Positions 48,831 to 62,224 of a stretch of DNA of 64,000 nucleotides are shown piece after piece (the first letter of the stretch is position 1; every line of letters begins with the position of its first letter). Source of the DNA: Felis catus (Eukaryota); NCBI RefSeq assembly GCF_018350175.1, contig NC_058368.1, positions 149,112,001-149,176,000 of the forward strand, in the 5' to 3' direction. Made by a program: the position numbers and the translations under genes. Below the pieces are notes generated by a model that saw only the letters and a program-made list of their open reading frames with translations, was not told the DNA's origin and ran no database searches.

Positions 48831-50101
48831 TAGAAAATGTAATTTATATAACATTTATATATAATACATGACGTATATACAATATTAATTTTCAAATACC
48901 ATATTACATTAGATTAGACACATGAGAATGTGGGTACAATGTTGGCAATTACATATAGACACATCTCTGCAAGCAAATGGTCAGTTTATACTCAAATGGA
49001 AAAATATAATTACATGATAAAGAGAAATAGAGAGGAATGCCTTCCAAAGTTTTGCAATGGTGCAATCAACTAACAAACAAAATAGACAAAGACAAATGGT
49101 CTTTAAATATAGTTACAAAAATTCATAATAATGATTTATATTAGGTAACATTCTATGTGGACATACTGCCAAGCAAAATTCACCAAAATATATATTCTCC
49201 AAACCTAATTCATTAGGAAAACCCAAAGCAGTTTTAAAGACACTGGACAGAGTAAGATGACTTAAAACATACCCACCTGATATTGTAGTTTGTCTTGACA
49301 CCTTCATTTAGTTCTTTGCTATATGGCATGTGCCTAATGGACATTTTCTGGGTCAAAAATGACTTTAGCAAACTTGTTCCATGTTAGTTATCATATGTAT
49401 ACATTCATTCTTGGAAGCCAGTACGGTCTATAATATTTTGGTATAATTTACTTTCCTCTGGGTAAAATACACATGAAATTAGACACTACTTTCTCTAAGG
49501 TACACTAGCAATTTCTGCTATGAAACTAACACTTTTGCCCGCAAACAAGAAGCTTCTTATTCAACACTGAGACTCCTTTATATTTTTGGCTTATAAATAT
49601 ATGGGAATTCTGTTTTCCATCCTAACTGCCAGGCTTTTTGATTAGTTAATTCACATATTTTCTTTAAAGAATTTTCTCAACAAAATGCAAAACATCACCA
49701 TGTTTACCTATGTCTGTTTTTTTAGATGTAAGATATACAGAAAAGTCTTATACTTCCCAGGTTTCTAAATTATTGAGTACATTCTGAGAATTCCACAGCA
49801 GAAACTTACATTTCTGTATCTAATGATGAAAAATATATACCTTGTGAATAATTAATTTTGGGAAAATAAATATCCAGTACTGTTGACCACAAAACAACAT
49901 GTACCTCCACATTAGCACCTTACACTAAAGGGTCTTCCTTCTCTTCTCCAAATTGTCAACCTCAAAAGCCCTTTTTGGAGGTGGAGAGAGTATGCCAGAT
50001 GAAGTCTAACTTATCTGAGTTTATGCCACGATTTCTCAATGAAATTAGAGTATTGTCAACAGTAATGTCTCTTTTATCAACTTATCAATATAGTAGTTAA
50101 A

Positions 50102-50300
50102 GTGGCTCAGTCAGTTAAGCGTCCGACTTCGGCTCAGGTCATGATCTCACAGTTTGTGAGTTCGAGCCCCACATCAGGCTCTGTGCTGATAGCTCAGAGT
50201 CTGGAGCCTGCTTCGGATTCTGTGTCTCCCTCTCTCTCTGCCCCTTCCCCACTTGCGCTCTTTCTCTCAAAAATAAATAAACATTAAAAAAATGCTTTAA
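50102..50300 (+). mobile_element. CAN-SINE lacking the first ~11 nt, inserted in a MIR (about 50085-50425)
   Basis: Begins gtggctcagtcagttaagc; MIR core tgtgcctcactttccttgtttgtaaa downstream. Confidence 0.92.
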
Positions 50301-50489
50301 AAATGAGTATCGTTTCTGAAGTCATACTGTCTAGTTCATACACTATTCTTCCTAGAATTTGGCGAGTTGCTTTACCTCCATGTGCCTCACTTTCCTTGTT
50401 TGTAAAGTAATGATAATAATACTAGCCATAGTATTTATTCAGGATCTTCCATGCACCAGTGAGTGTTCTTCTCACCCCTTGGGATGCAG

Positions 50490-50855
50490 CAATCATTGGA
50501 AGATATATGGTAACTTATATTCTGTGCACCAAAATGTAAGCCCCTTCCCAGCACTGTTGAATTTAGACATAGCCGTCTGACATTCTTTGCCTAATAAAAC
50601 GTAAGTAAAAGTGACGTATGTCACTTTGGAAGCTTTAAGCCTCTGTGAGCAATTATACTTGCTTTTCCCAGGTTTTGTGATCATGAAAGCATATTTGGAG
50701 ACAGAGTCTTCTGGATTCCCCAGTGACTACATTGTATAAAACCTTCTGTAGATTACTGATACACATTACATAGGTAAAAAATAAATTTTATTGCATTCAG
50801 CCATTGAAGTTTGGGGTTGTTACTGCAGTAGACTCTAGCATATCCTGACTGCTAA
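50490..50855 (+). mobile_element. MaLR LTR (MLT1I/J-like)
   Basis: aagtgacgtatgtcactt; aataaattttattgcattcagccattgaagtttggggttgttactgcag...cctgact. Confidence 0.8.
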
Positions 50856-51163
50856 AATTTATCTTTGAGGAGCGTTCATTGTGATGGAAAGAGACAATAT
50901 GAAAATAAAAAATAATAAGTAAAGCGTCTGATGAGGTAGTGTGTAATAAGCACTAAGGAATAAATAAAAGTAGAGTACTGGAGGGGGCAAAAAGCAGGAA
51001 AGAAGTAGGTTAAAGGACTAAATAGGGAGCCCAACTAATTAATGATCTAAGCACTTATCAAAGCTTCTGATATATAGTAAGCACTCAGTAAAAGTACTCA
51101 CTTTATTTTTATATTATCCAGATCTAACAAAATGGATTTGTTGACTCTGTGTAACTGCTTTTT

Positions 51164-51393
51164 TTTTTAAATTTTTTAAGGTTTATTTATTTTTGACAGA
51201 GAGAGAGAGACAGAGAAAGAGAGAGAGAGAGATCATGAGTGGGGGAGGGACAGAGAGAGAGGCAGACACAGAATCCGAAACAGTCTCTGAGCTGTCAGCA
51301 CAGAGCCCTAAGCGAGGCTCGAACTCAGTGATAGTGATATCATGACCTGAGCCGAAGTCGGACCCTCAACCGACTGAGCCACCCAGGCACCCC
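51164..51393 (-). mobile_element. CAN-SINE
   Basis: TSD tctgtgtaactgcttttt on both flanks. Confidence 0.96.
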
Positions 51394-51976
51394 TCTGTGT
51401 AACTGCTTTTTGAACTTTCTTTCCATAACTTCTCTTAAAATCTAAAAAATCTCATATGTTACTTCATAAGTTAGGGTGAATAACGTTACATTCCCTGGTT
51501 TCCAAATCTTCCTTATTTAGCTTCAGGGTATACAAATTTTATTAATATTAGGTCTTAAGGCATCAGTGCTACCATAGCTATGCAGTGGGAAGAATTATTT
51601 TTAATACCACTGAGAAAACCCAGGTGCAGCATGCTTGTTAATTCACACTACACATTTATCTGCTTGGCAGCCACGGCCTGTAAGGAAACTTGGCATGTTA
51701 ATGTTTCTATAATGCACCTTTTTTCACCCAGCTGTCAGTAGGAATACTGCATGTGAAAGCAAAAACAGTGAAAGAGAAAGAACATTGTCTAAGTTAGTTT
51801 TGCTTTTCTTTGTTTTACTTAAGCTTAAATCAGGGGGATATTGTCATAAACATGGAATGATCTTTAATGTAGTATTTTAAAGGTCAATACATTTTTGTGA
51901 ATTAATTAAAGGAATAATTTCCATTGAAGAAATGATAGAGATAAATAAATAATTTTTAGATATTGAAAACAGAATT

Positions 51977-52110
51977 TTTTAAGTTTTATATTTAAATTCT
52001 AGTTAACATATAATGTGATATTAGTTTCAGATATAAAATATAGTAATTCAATACTTCCAGAGATCACTCGGTGTTCATCACAACAAGTGCCTTCCTTAAT
52101 CCTCAGCACC
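51977..52110 (-). mobile_element. 134-bp L1 3' end insertion
   Basis: 13-bp TSD tgaaaacagaatt at 51964-51976 and 52111-52123. Confidence 0.9.
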
Positions 52111-52849
52111 TGAAAACAGAATTCTTAGTTAAAAAAATTAAAGCTTCAAACTAGAGCTCTGTTTTCCTCAAGTTTTATCAATTATCTTAGAGAAGTTATT
52201 CAACTATTCCACTTCCCAGCATCAAAATGTAGGAACGTCTTGTATTTATCATAAACACTAAGTCTTTGATTCATAAATGGAAAATACCTCCAAAGATAGA
52301 GAGGAAACTTTTAACCTCTATTTCTAGAGACTTACAACATTGATGTTATTTATTGACAGGTCATAGTTAGAAAACAAGTAACAATAGATGCAAATGTATG
52401 TTTACCTATTACAAATAAAAAGGGTCCCATAATTAAGGTAAAACATATCAAATCAATATTCACACTCTTCCTATGAGGAACTATCTCATCCCTAGCCACT
52501 ACTATTTTCTCTTTGATGGAAAACATCATCCTGGCTCATGTTTTGTCTTTCTAAAGGTAAAATATAACAGCATCAGGAAAGAAAACAATGGCAATTTCAT
52601 TTTTTGTTACTTATCAGTGATTTACTTTCACTTCATCAAGGAAAGGAAAACTTAATCCAGTAGATGTCTGTTTTAACCATTCAAGTGATCTTTTTAACCT
52701 ATTAATAAAATTGACTCTCATAATAATTATAGCCATATAGTTAGGATTTTTATAAGTGAAGTATCTTTACATATTTATTGATATAGTGCATCCTGAAATC
52801 TTTACTTCAATACATGCAATAAACTTCAAAAAGAAGTCGGAAGGATAGT

Positions 52850-53364
52850 TCGTTTCATTCTCTTATTTATTTCAAGTATTTATTGAAACTGGATGATTTA
52901 CCAGGCATTGTTAAAGAGCTAATAAGCAAGACAAAGTCTCTGCTCTTGTGGAACATTTTTATTCTAGAGAGGAGAAAGAAAATAAACAAGTGACCAAAAA
53001 CTGACCAATATTATTATAGAAAGAAATGAGTGGAATGAATTAAATATAAAGGGATGATATTCAAGGGAAAGGTATTTGGTGGAGGCAGACTGAGAGAGAA
53101 GTCAGGAAAAGTACTCAGACACTAAGGTAATAGAGGATATTTCAGCAGAAATCTGAATGACAAACTTAAGAACACAAAAACCAGTATGGCTAGAGTGTGG
53201 TAAAGTAGAAGGACAGAGATAGGAAATGAAGTCAGAGAGAAAAAAAGGCCAGATCGTAAAGTCTTACAACATATAATAAACTATAAATTTAAGCCATTTG
53301 AATTTTTGTTAATTTATATCTGTTCACTCTGAATAAAGAGAATGACATTACATTATATACAAAA

Positions 53365-53415
<51 letters not shown>

Positions 53416-53700
53416 TTCTGATTACTGTTGATAATGGATTAATCAAAAGTGAAACCCTGAAATGATGGGAACAGTTTGGAAAGTATCAAGTGAGAGATGA
53501 TGTGGTGTGAACTAAAGTTGAAAGAGTGGGAATGGGAAGACATGGAAAGGTAGATTCAGGATATGTTTATAGACAGCCATCATGGGACTTGATGATGGAC
53601 TGGACTTGAATTTATGAGAAAAAGGAGTAAATCAAGAATGCTACAGTAGGTTGGGGGCTAGACAATTGAATAGAAATTTATGCTATTCACTAAAAAAAGG
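52850..53700 (-). mobile_element. L2 LINE relic
   Basis: tcaagtatttattga...ccaggcattg...aagacaaagtctctgctcttgtggaac. Confidence 0.8.
53367..53410. repeat. (AT)22 microsatellite
   Basis: Direct read. Confidence 0.97.
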
Positions 53701-53704
53701 AAAT

Positions 53705-54000
53705 AAAATAGCTAATATGTATTAAGTATCTACTAAGAGTCAAGCTCTTTTCTTGACTTTAAAGATTTCGCTATTAAAAAATTTAGTCACTTATTCATTT
53801 AGTCAGTTTAAAGATTTCACTCTTTTAATCTTCATAACAACCCTATAAATTAAGTATTATTTGATTCTGATTTAGGAATTAAGAAATTGAAACTCAGAGG
53901 GCACTTGATACAAGTACTTTATACAAGTAGCTTGTATTAAGTCTTACAACTACTAAGTGGTAGAACACAAGAAGGCTTACACTATAATTCCACTCTTAAC
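53705..54000 (-). mobile_element. MIR SINE
   Basis: ttaatcttcataacaaccctat...aagaaattgaaactcagagg. Confidence 0.7.
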
Positions 54001-54009
54001 CCCCATCAG

Positions 54010-54440
54010 AATACATACATATGTCTACTAAAAGACATGCACTAGGTCATCAATAGCAACAATATTAGTAATAAATGAAGATGGAAAACTACCATATTTG
54101 TTAATAGATGTATTAATAAGTAAATTGTGGTGTTTTCACACAATGGAACACTATACAGCAATAATAACAAATGGATGAATCTTTGAAACATCATTGGCTT
54201 AAAGAATCTACTGCCAAAGAGAATATATTGTATCATTCCATTGTATGAAACATAGAAGCAAGCAAACTTTTAAGAGAGTATTGTGATCAAAAAAAGGTAC
54301 AGAGATGGATTCTGAAGTGTTGGTAATATTTTATTTCTTGATCCAAGGGCTAGTTACACAGATGTGTTCAATACGAAAACTCTTCAAGCTGTGCATTCGT
54401 GTATTTTTCTTCTATGTATTGTGTGCTAAAATAAAAGGGT
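54010..54440 (+). mobile_element. Ancient L1ME-like 3' end
   Basis: aattgtggtgttttcacacaatggaacactatacagcaat. Confidence 0.75.
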
Positions 54441-55044
54441 GAAATAAGATAGAACATAATAAGCTCAGTTCCACAGATATTTGAAATAGAAAGAGGCCCA
54501 GGACCAAACCCTGGCACACTACAATTCAGAGATATAACATAAGGGGAAGAACTCTTAAAACAGGATAAAAAGGTGCAGCCCTTAACATTAAAGGATTACT
54601 AACAGGATTTTGAGTTAAGAGATCAATTGTAACAATTGCTGCTGAGAGATCATAAAATATAGGGACAGAAAAATGATTATCACTTAACATTTAATCCCCA
54701 AGCTTCTTTCCTTATCTGTATCAAATCATAGCGTTTTTTTAATATTCTGATGTACTTTTACCTGTATGTCACTCTACTATAATTTATTTGGTGATCTCAG
54801 TAGAAGAATAGAAAATAAACCTCAATTAAATGTTTGAAATTAAATTGTTTTATCACCTTAAGATCTAAACTAAAAAGCCAATATGGTCATTATCCTACTT
54901 CCAAAGAAGACTACCACAAAATCAGAACAATAATATTAATGGTACCATGAAACATAAGCATCATTTGTTATCAATCATTCCATCAATAAGATATATAATT
55001 TCAATTTTGAGTATAAAAGAACCTGAAGTAGAAGATTCACTTAA

Positions 55045-57147
55045 GCAGTGCCCTAATTCCTGACCCAAAGAACCTATGAGATAATGAATATGTTTCTTAT
55101 TATTTGTTTTTTTAAGATTTTATTTCATTTTTAACTTATTTTTCACTGAAGCATAATTGACAAATAAAATGATGTTTAAAATGTACAACATAATAATTTG
55201 ATATATGTATATATGTTGAAAAGATTCCTCCCCATCAAGTTAGTTGATATATCCATCATCTCACTTATGTGTGTGTGTGTATGTATGTATGTATGTATGT
55301 ATGTATGTATGTATGTATTGTGAGAACATTTAAGTTCTACCCTCTTAAAAAATTTCAATTATACAATACAATGTTATCAACTATAGTTATACATTATAGT
55401 TGCAGTTACACATTATGTCCTCAGATTTTATTCATCTTATAACTATTAATCTGTACCTTTTTACCAACTTTTCCTTACTTTCCCCACCCATGCACCTCTG
55501 AAAATCACTTTTCTATTCTCTGTTTCTGTAAGTCTGACTTTTATTGATTCCACATATAACTGATACTATGCAGTATTTCTCTTTCTATCTGGCTTGCTTC
55601 ACTTAGCATAAGGCTTTCTAGGCTCATCAACGTTGTCAAAAATGGAAGGATTTCCTTCATTTCAAAAGTTGAATAATATTCTATTGTATAAATATAAGTA
55701 CTACATTTTCTTTATCCATTCATCGAGAGTCACTAAGATTGTTTCCATATGTTCGCTAGTTTGAATAATGCTGTGAGTAACATGGGAGCACAGATATCAC
55801 TTTATGGTCTCACGTCCTTTGGATATATACTCAGAAATAAGATTGCTAGATCATATAGTAGTTCCATTTTTAACTTCTTGAGAAACGTTTGTATGCTTTC
55901 CCTAGTGACCATACCAGTTTTCCTCCAATAGGGTTTTCTTTTTTCACATCTTCACCAGGATTTCTTATCGCTTCTCTTTTTGATAGTAGACATACTAACA
56001 AGTGTGAGGTGATAACACTTTAGTGATGTTGAACACCTCTTCATGTATTTGTTGGCCATTTGTATGTCTTCTTTGGAAAAATATCTATTCAGATCCTTTT
56101 CCCAGTTTTTAATTGAGTTGTTTGGGTTTTGTTATGTTGTTTTTGTTTTTTGCTGAGTTGTGTGGGTTCCTTGTATGTTCTGGTTATTAACTCCTTATTG
56201 GATATGTGGTTTGCAAATATTTTCTCCCACTCCATAGGTTTTCTTTTCATTTTGTTGATGGCTTCCTTTGCTGTGCAGAGCTTTTGATATAACCCTAGTT
56301 GTTTATTTCGCTATTGTTGCCTTTGCTTTTGGTGTCAAATCCAAAAGACCTATGCCAAGACCAGAGTCAAGGAGACTACCCTTATTTTTTCTTCTAGAAG
56401 TTTAATGGTTTCATGCCTGACATAGAAATCTTTAATGCATTTTGAGTTTATTTTTGTATGGCATAAGAAGGAGGTCCAGTTTCATTCTTGCCCATTTGAT
56501 TGCCCAATTTTCCAGTACTATGTTTGGAATAGACATTCTTTTCCCTATTGTATATCCTTGTCTCCTTTGTCATAAATTTATTGATAGTATATGCATGGGT
56601 TTGTTTCTATGATCTCTATTCTGTTCCATCTGTTTATGTAATCCTGGTTTTATGTCAATACCATATTGTTTTGATTACTACTTTTGTAATTTAGTTTGAA
56701 ATCAGAAATTGTGATGCCTCCAGCTTTGTTACTTCTCAAGATCACTTTGCCTATTCAGAGTCTTTTGTGATTCCACACAAATTTTAAAATTGTTTTTTTT
56801 TTTCTGTGAAAAATGCTATTATAATTTTGATAGGGATTCCACTGAATCTGGAGATTGGTTTTGCCATATGGACATTTTACTAATATTAATTCTTCTGATC
56901 TGTGAACACAGAATATATTTTTATTTATTTGTGTCTTATTCAATTTCCTTCATCAATATCTTCATGTTTTCAGTAAAAGATCTTAAAGCACTTTGGTTAA
57001 ATTTATTACCAAGTATTTTATTATTTTTGATGCTGTTGTAAATGGAATTGTTTTATTTGTTTCTCCTTTTGATAGTTTGTGTTGGTTATTTTAAGCTGCT
57101 AAATTTGGAGGGGGTATTTTGTTATGTGGCAATTGGTAACTAATACA
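55045..57147 (+). mobile_element. MLT1-type LTR 3' fragment split by an L1
   Basis: ttcctgacccaaagaacctatgagataat on the left; ttttaagctgctaaatttggag...ggtaactaataca on the right. Confidence 0.75.
55100..57080 (-). mobile_element. L1MA9-like 5'-truncated L1, about 2 kb, with internal (TG)/(TATG)n
   Basis: Continuous ORF2 C-terminus and 3'UTR homology (ORF ending ILKFVWNHKRL). Confidence 0.93.
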
Positions 57148-58449
57148 TGAGAAATATTATTTTAAAACTTAGAAAATAAAATAATTCATATAGTGAAAAG
57201 GCTTTTAAAAAAATAATAAATTCTTTCTATTGACAAGGATTAAAATGAGATTAAGATTTTTTATGATGCCTAAAATACGTGTAGCACTGTGGCATTCTTT
57301 TGGCAGTATATCTTTACACAAATGTGTAACTTATTACTACCCTCTACACAAGAAAATTAACCAACAAAGAATCCACACATATTATTTTTAATTTGGTAAA
57401 ACAAAATTATTGTAGTTATTTTTTAATTTCCTCAGTTTTCATGGTTGTAGTGTGTTTAAAAGCAGTTACTTCTCTCTAGAGAGGGGAACTCTAAAATGAT
57501 TGAGTGTATGTGTTAAAGATGTATGTTTTTGGAAGCTGAGGAATGACACATAGCCTAAGTATTGAGAGTGTACAAATCATGCACACAAAACCCACAAAAA
57601 ATATTATGTCTGAAGTCAAATTTCCTAAGTTGAATATCCCACATTTAGATGATTCTGTAATGGATCTGAAAATGGATTGTTATATTTAACTGACCTAGTA
57701 GATAAAGTGAATTTACTTGGATTAATAGGATTAAAAGGGAGCTCTCTACCCTTTTTACAGTGGCATATCCTGATCTCCTAAAGGAAAGTGCTTTAGCCCT
57801 TTAGCATTAAATTCAATTTCCTATCTTGAAAAGGAGAGACCACTTCTGAGGGCACAAATCCATTCCTCGCTTGAAATTTAGACACTTTGCAGTTTTCAAA
57901 ATCCCTGGAACAAAAGTATCGTATCTTATAGAAACTCTGAGTTCCCTGAAAGGGAGATTTTAAAAAGTGAGTCACTCAAAATGGTATTTTAATTTTTACT
58001 TTGCATATTTATGTGTATTAACTGCATATAAATATTTTAACAAAAGTATATTTAACATAAATTATATTTAACATAATATGTGTATATTTTTAAGTTCTAT
58101 AAGTATCACAGACTTAAAATATGGCTATGTGAGTTCACATTACATTCTTTTTTTTTAATTTCTCAGAAAACAAATGTATTGAGACACAAAATCTTCTCCG
58201 CACTGCCTAGAAAAGACCATTTTTTCTCCTCCATCTTTAAGCCAAAGAAAATAAACCTACCTACTGATAGTTATTTAAACAAAGACCAGTTATATAATAA
58301 ACAAAAGATAAGAGCCAACTAGAAATCATCAGTAGAGGGGTAAATTCCTGTCAGTTCTTTCTATATTTATGTAGACCTTTAAAACAAACAAACTGGATAG
58401 AGTAGATTTTTAATAGCTAGCCTCACCCTTCCTAGAAAAGATTTATTCT

Positions 58450-59290
58450 ACTGAATCAGATAAGGTTCTTTTTTTATATATGAAATTTATTGTCAAGTTC
58501 GTTTCCATACAACACCCAGTGCTCATCCCAGTGCCCTCCTTAATGCCCATCACCCACTTTCCCCTCTCCCCCATCCTGCCAACCCCCAGGCTGTTCTCAG
58601 TTTTTAAGAGTCTCTTATGCTTTGACTCCCTCCCTCTCTAACCTTTTTTTTTTTTTTCCTTCCCTCCCCCATGGTCTTCTGTTAAGCTTCTCAGGATCCA
58701 CATAAGAGTGAAAACATATGGTATCTGTCTTCCTCTGTATGACTTACTTCACTGAGCATAACAGTCTCCAGTTCCATCCACGTTGCTACAAAAGGCCATA
58801 TTTCATTCTTTCTCATTGCCACGTAGTATTCCATTGTGTATATAAACCACAATTTCTCTATCCATTCATCAGTTGATGGACATTCAGATAAGGTTCTTTA
58901 TAGCAAGTAATAGAATGTGACTCTGGATCTCAGGTTTAAAAAAAATGAATTTATGGGATGGAATGTGAAGGGCCAAGTTTGGAAAACAGAGAAGCATCAA
59001 GACAATTCTGAAGAGTGAAGAAGCAGTAAATGAGATCATCATCTTTAGCAGAAAGATATACCGGACAGTGCTGCTGCAGGTCATTATTGTGCAACTGCAA
59101 CAAGCATAATCTGACTTTGCCTGATAATTGCTTGAACAGCTCAACCTTCTGTGTCTTGAGTTGGCACATCTGACTGATGGAACTTAAATCACATGCCAAC
59201 ACCCTCACTGCCAGGGGGCAGGGAATGTTATGTCTGACTCTTCAGCTTTTGATATTGGAATAAAAGTGTACCAAGACTAACCATATAGAC
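58450..59290 (-). mobile_element. Old MaLR LTR (MLT1K-like) split by an L1
   Basis: aggttctttatagcaagtaatagaa; catctgactgatggaacttaaatcacatgcc. Confidence 0.55.
58472..58883 (-). mobile_element. 5'-truncated feline L1 3' end
   Basis: 16-bp TSD tcagataaggttcttt at 58456-58471 and 58884-58899; similar to the 20300-20710 and 36790-37088 copies. Confidence 0.97.
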
Positions 59291-61111
59291 AAGTTCCATA
59301 GTATAGATAATAGGAGATTTTACGTGGGGCAAACAAACAAACAAAGCAAAAGAAATATTTTATCAAACGAAAACTAGCCCATACTCTCTCACTCCTTCTA
59401 ATAATAATGAGACTTCAGGAAGGACTACTTTAGTATCTGTTTCTGTTATTAGAATAATTTTGCTACTGGATTGATATGTGGTGATTGAGTTTATTAGGGA
59501 AAGTGGGTAAACAGCCATGTAATGTGTTCCCCATTCTAACTGTAATGAAGTGCCATATAGACCCTGATCTTGAGGGGGAAAGTGCAGTGATTAAGTTCTC
59601 AGTATTAGGTGACATCTTAGGCACACCTTGCCTCATCTTTTTTTTCATGTTTGTTAAATCAATTGTAATTGTCAAATACCTAAACATTTGCTAACAACAT
59701 ATTTTTTTTTCCTCCCTCTCTCTTTTTCCTATTTTTTATTTACACATATTACTCTTCTTTTCATATGTATTTCTCAACTCCCATTTGTCCACCGAGTTCA
59801 CATCTCTTCACGTATTTACCACTCCAGTGTGCTGGCAGGAACATTTTAAATGGTTCACGCACAACAGCACTTGTGTTCTTTGCTACCCACAGCAGGATTT
59901 TGATCTATATCCATAAGATGAAAATAATGCAAAACAGGAACTGGAAAACAGAAGTCCCTTAAAAGGCAGAGAAATGATTCGTTTTGGGAATGGAAAGGAG
60001 CATGGGGAAGGGGAAAATACAAAGGAAAAACCCCTGTAGCAACTCCTGTATTCCTATTTTCATATTGAGCTTATTATTTTTACTTCCACCTCAAGACAAC
60101 TATATTTCACAGGAAATTACAGTCTGCCTTAGGACTTGTCAGAGTAATACCAAGAAATTTCAAAGTCATTCATTGATCAATGGACAGCAAATATTGAACT
60201 TTAGGGAAAAAAAATCAAAACTGAATTAAAGTCTTACCAACTTCATTCAGAGCCTCCATCTGAAAAGCTTTAGCGGTCCCTGAATTGATGGAATTGATGA
60301 CTGGATTCACAGAGCACATTCAAATAATTGAGACCTTTTCCTCAAAGGCAATATTCTTTAAGGAGTCTGATAAATTTCTAGCAAATTTTTGGTCTTTTAG
60401 AGATGCCTGCTGGAGAGTTTAGTGCTTTCTGTGTTAGAGGAGGAAAAGCCTGCCAAATCCCTACTAAAGTTTCAAATAAAGATTTCAGTTTTGCCTTAGG
60501 GTTTTCAAGGCCAAAACTTTTTTGTAAGTGTTCATATTCAATGTAACTTCCATTTTCAAAAGAAGGAAGTCATCTCATTTTGAGTTCAGCTACTACATTA
60601 AAAAAAAGTATTCCCAGTTTTTAAGTAGTATAGGAAGTCGGTTCCTCACAACCCAGCAACAAAGATAGAGTACTGCTGAATTTAGAGAGAAATCTCCTAT
60701 CTTCTCAGAAAGAAAAGATGGGTTAAAATAACGGGGAAATGTGTCTGAAAGAGAGTGAAAGAGGAAAACAGTTATGATACTGACAATATGAAGAAGCAGT
60801 TAAAATTGAGCTGACAATGCAGAATTATCCAAAAGTCAAAATAATATTACTCGAGGTAAAGAGTACATGATTGAAGTCTCTCATGTGTCTGGACTGTGCA
60901 TTCTGGGGCTATCAAAAAAGATCTGTCTGCAGACTGTCTTGAATGTACCTGAAGTGAACTATCATCTGTTTGAAATGCTTAGCCCTTGAAAAATAATCAG
61001 TGCATTAAAAAAAAAAAAAAGTTTATGTCACCTAAACACGGCAACAGACAAAAACTCTAAAGAAGGTGAACAAATGTTTGTACAAAATACGTTTATAGTA
61101 AAGGTTTTTCT

Positions 61112-61311
61112 GGGTGCCTGGGTGGACAGTCGGTTAAGCCTCCAACTTCGGCTCAGGTCATGATCTCACAGTTTGTGGGTTCGAGCCCCGCATCAGGCTC
61201 TGTGCTGACTGCTTGCTCAGAGCCTGGAGCCTGCTTTGGATTCTGTGTCTCCCTCTCACTCTGCTCCTCCTCCACTCATGTTCTGAATAAATAAACATAA
61301 AAAAATTAAAA
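61112..61311 (+). mobile_element. CAN-SINE
   Basis: gggtgcctgggtggacagtcggttaagc head. Confidence 0.94.
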
Positions 61312-61380
61312 GAAATATTTTCCTTTCAGCCTTTACAAGGATTCTGCACACATAACCTGGAGGGGATAGGATGTGCTTAC

Positions 61381-61458
61381 ATGCAAGTAGGTGTCTCAGA
61401 AAAGCTCTTTGGTTGACAGCAAAATAAAATTTTCTAGTCTTCTCTGGAGGAGCAATAC
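61381..61458 (-). other. Candidate 78-nt exon (unverified)
   Basis: Acceptor tattttgttttatgagttag, donor gtaagc; frame IAPPEKTRKFYFAVNQRAFLRHLLA open. Confidence 0.25.
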
Positions 61459-62224
61459 CTAACTCATAAAACAAAATACATAACATAAAAAGATTGTGTG
61501 AATGAGAAGAAAAGAAATGGATGTTTCTATTCACTCTCTTTTCATACTGAAACTAAAGAAAAATATTTTCCTTTACTTGGAATCCAGAGAGAGACATTCA
61601 TCTCAATGGTACAGATGCTTATCTGTTACATTTCAGGGTCCAGCACATGAACTCTTGAGACTTTAAACAGCATTCAGTGTGTATATTTAGAAGTCTTAAG
61701 AGAGCCATGGAATTCTTTTGTATGTATTATTCTATATACACATTAACTTAAAAATTCATTTTTACAAGGAGCTTCCATCCTTCCTCTGCTACCTCACAAA
61801 CTAGGAGTCCTGTAAGAATGTACACTTCAAAGAGTCACATCAACTCTAATTTCAGGAATATGTGATTCTTTAAAATGTAGTAATGCTTACTTGGGCAGTT
61901 TTATGCAAGCCAAGGGAGAAACTTCACACTCTACCCTGTGCAAATGTATCAGCTCTTAATTTTAATGCCCTTTAATTGTAGAGACACTTCTAGGATTATT
62001 CATGATCCTAGTGTATAATTCTTGGTGTATAATTTGGTGTACAATTCAGTGAATTTTAACATATGCATTGATTTGTGTAACCTCCACCGCAGTCAAGATG
62101 CAACTTCCAAATTTCTCAGGCTCCTTCTGTGGTCACTCCCTCCTTCAATTTTGACTGATCCATTCTCTGCCATGATAGCTTTATCTTCTTTTTTTTGTTT
62201 AAAATGTTAGCTTATTGTGGGTAT

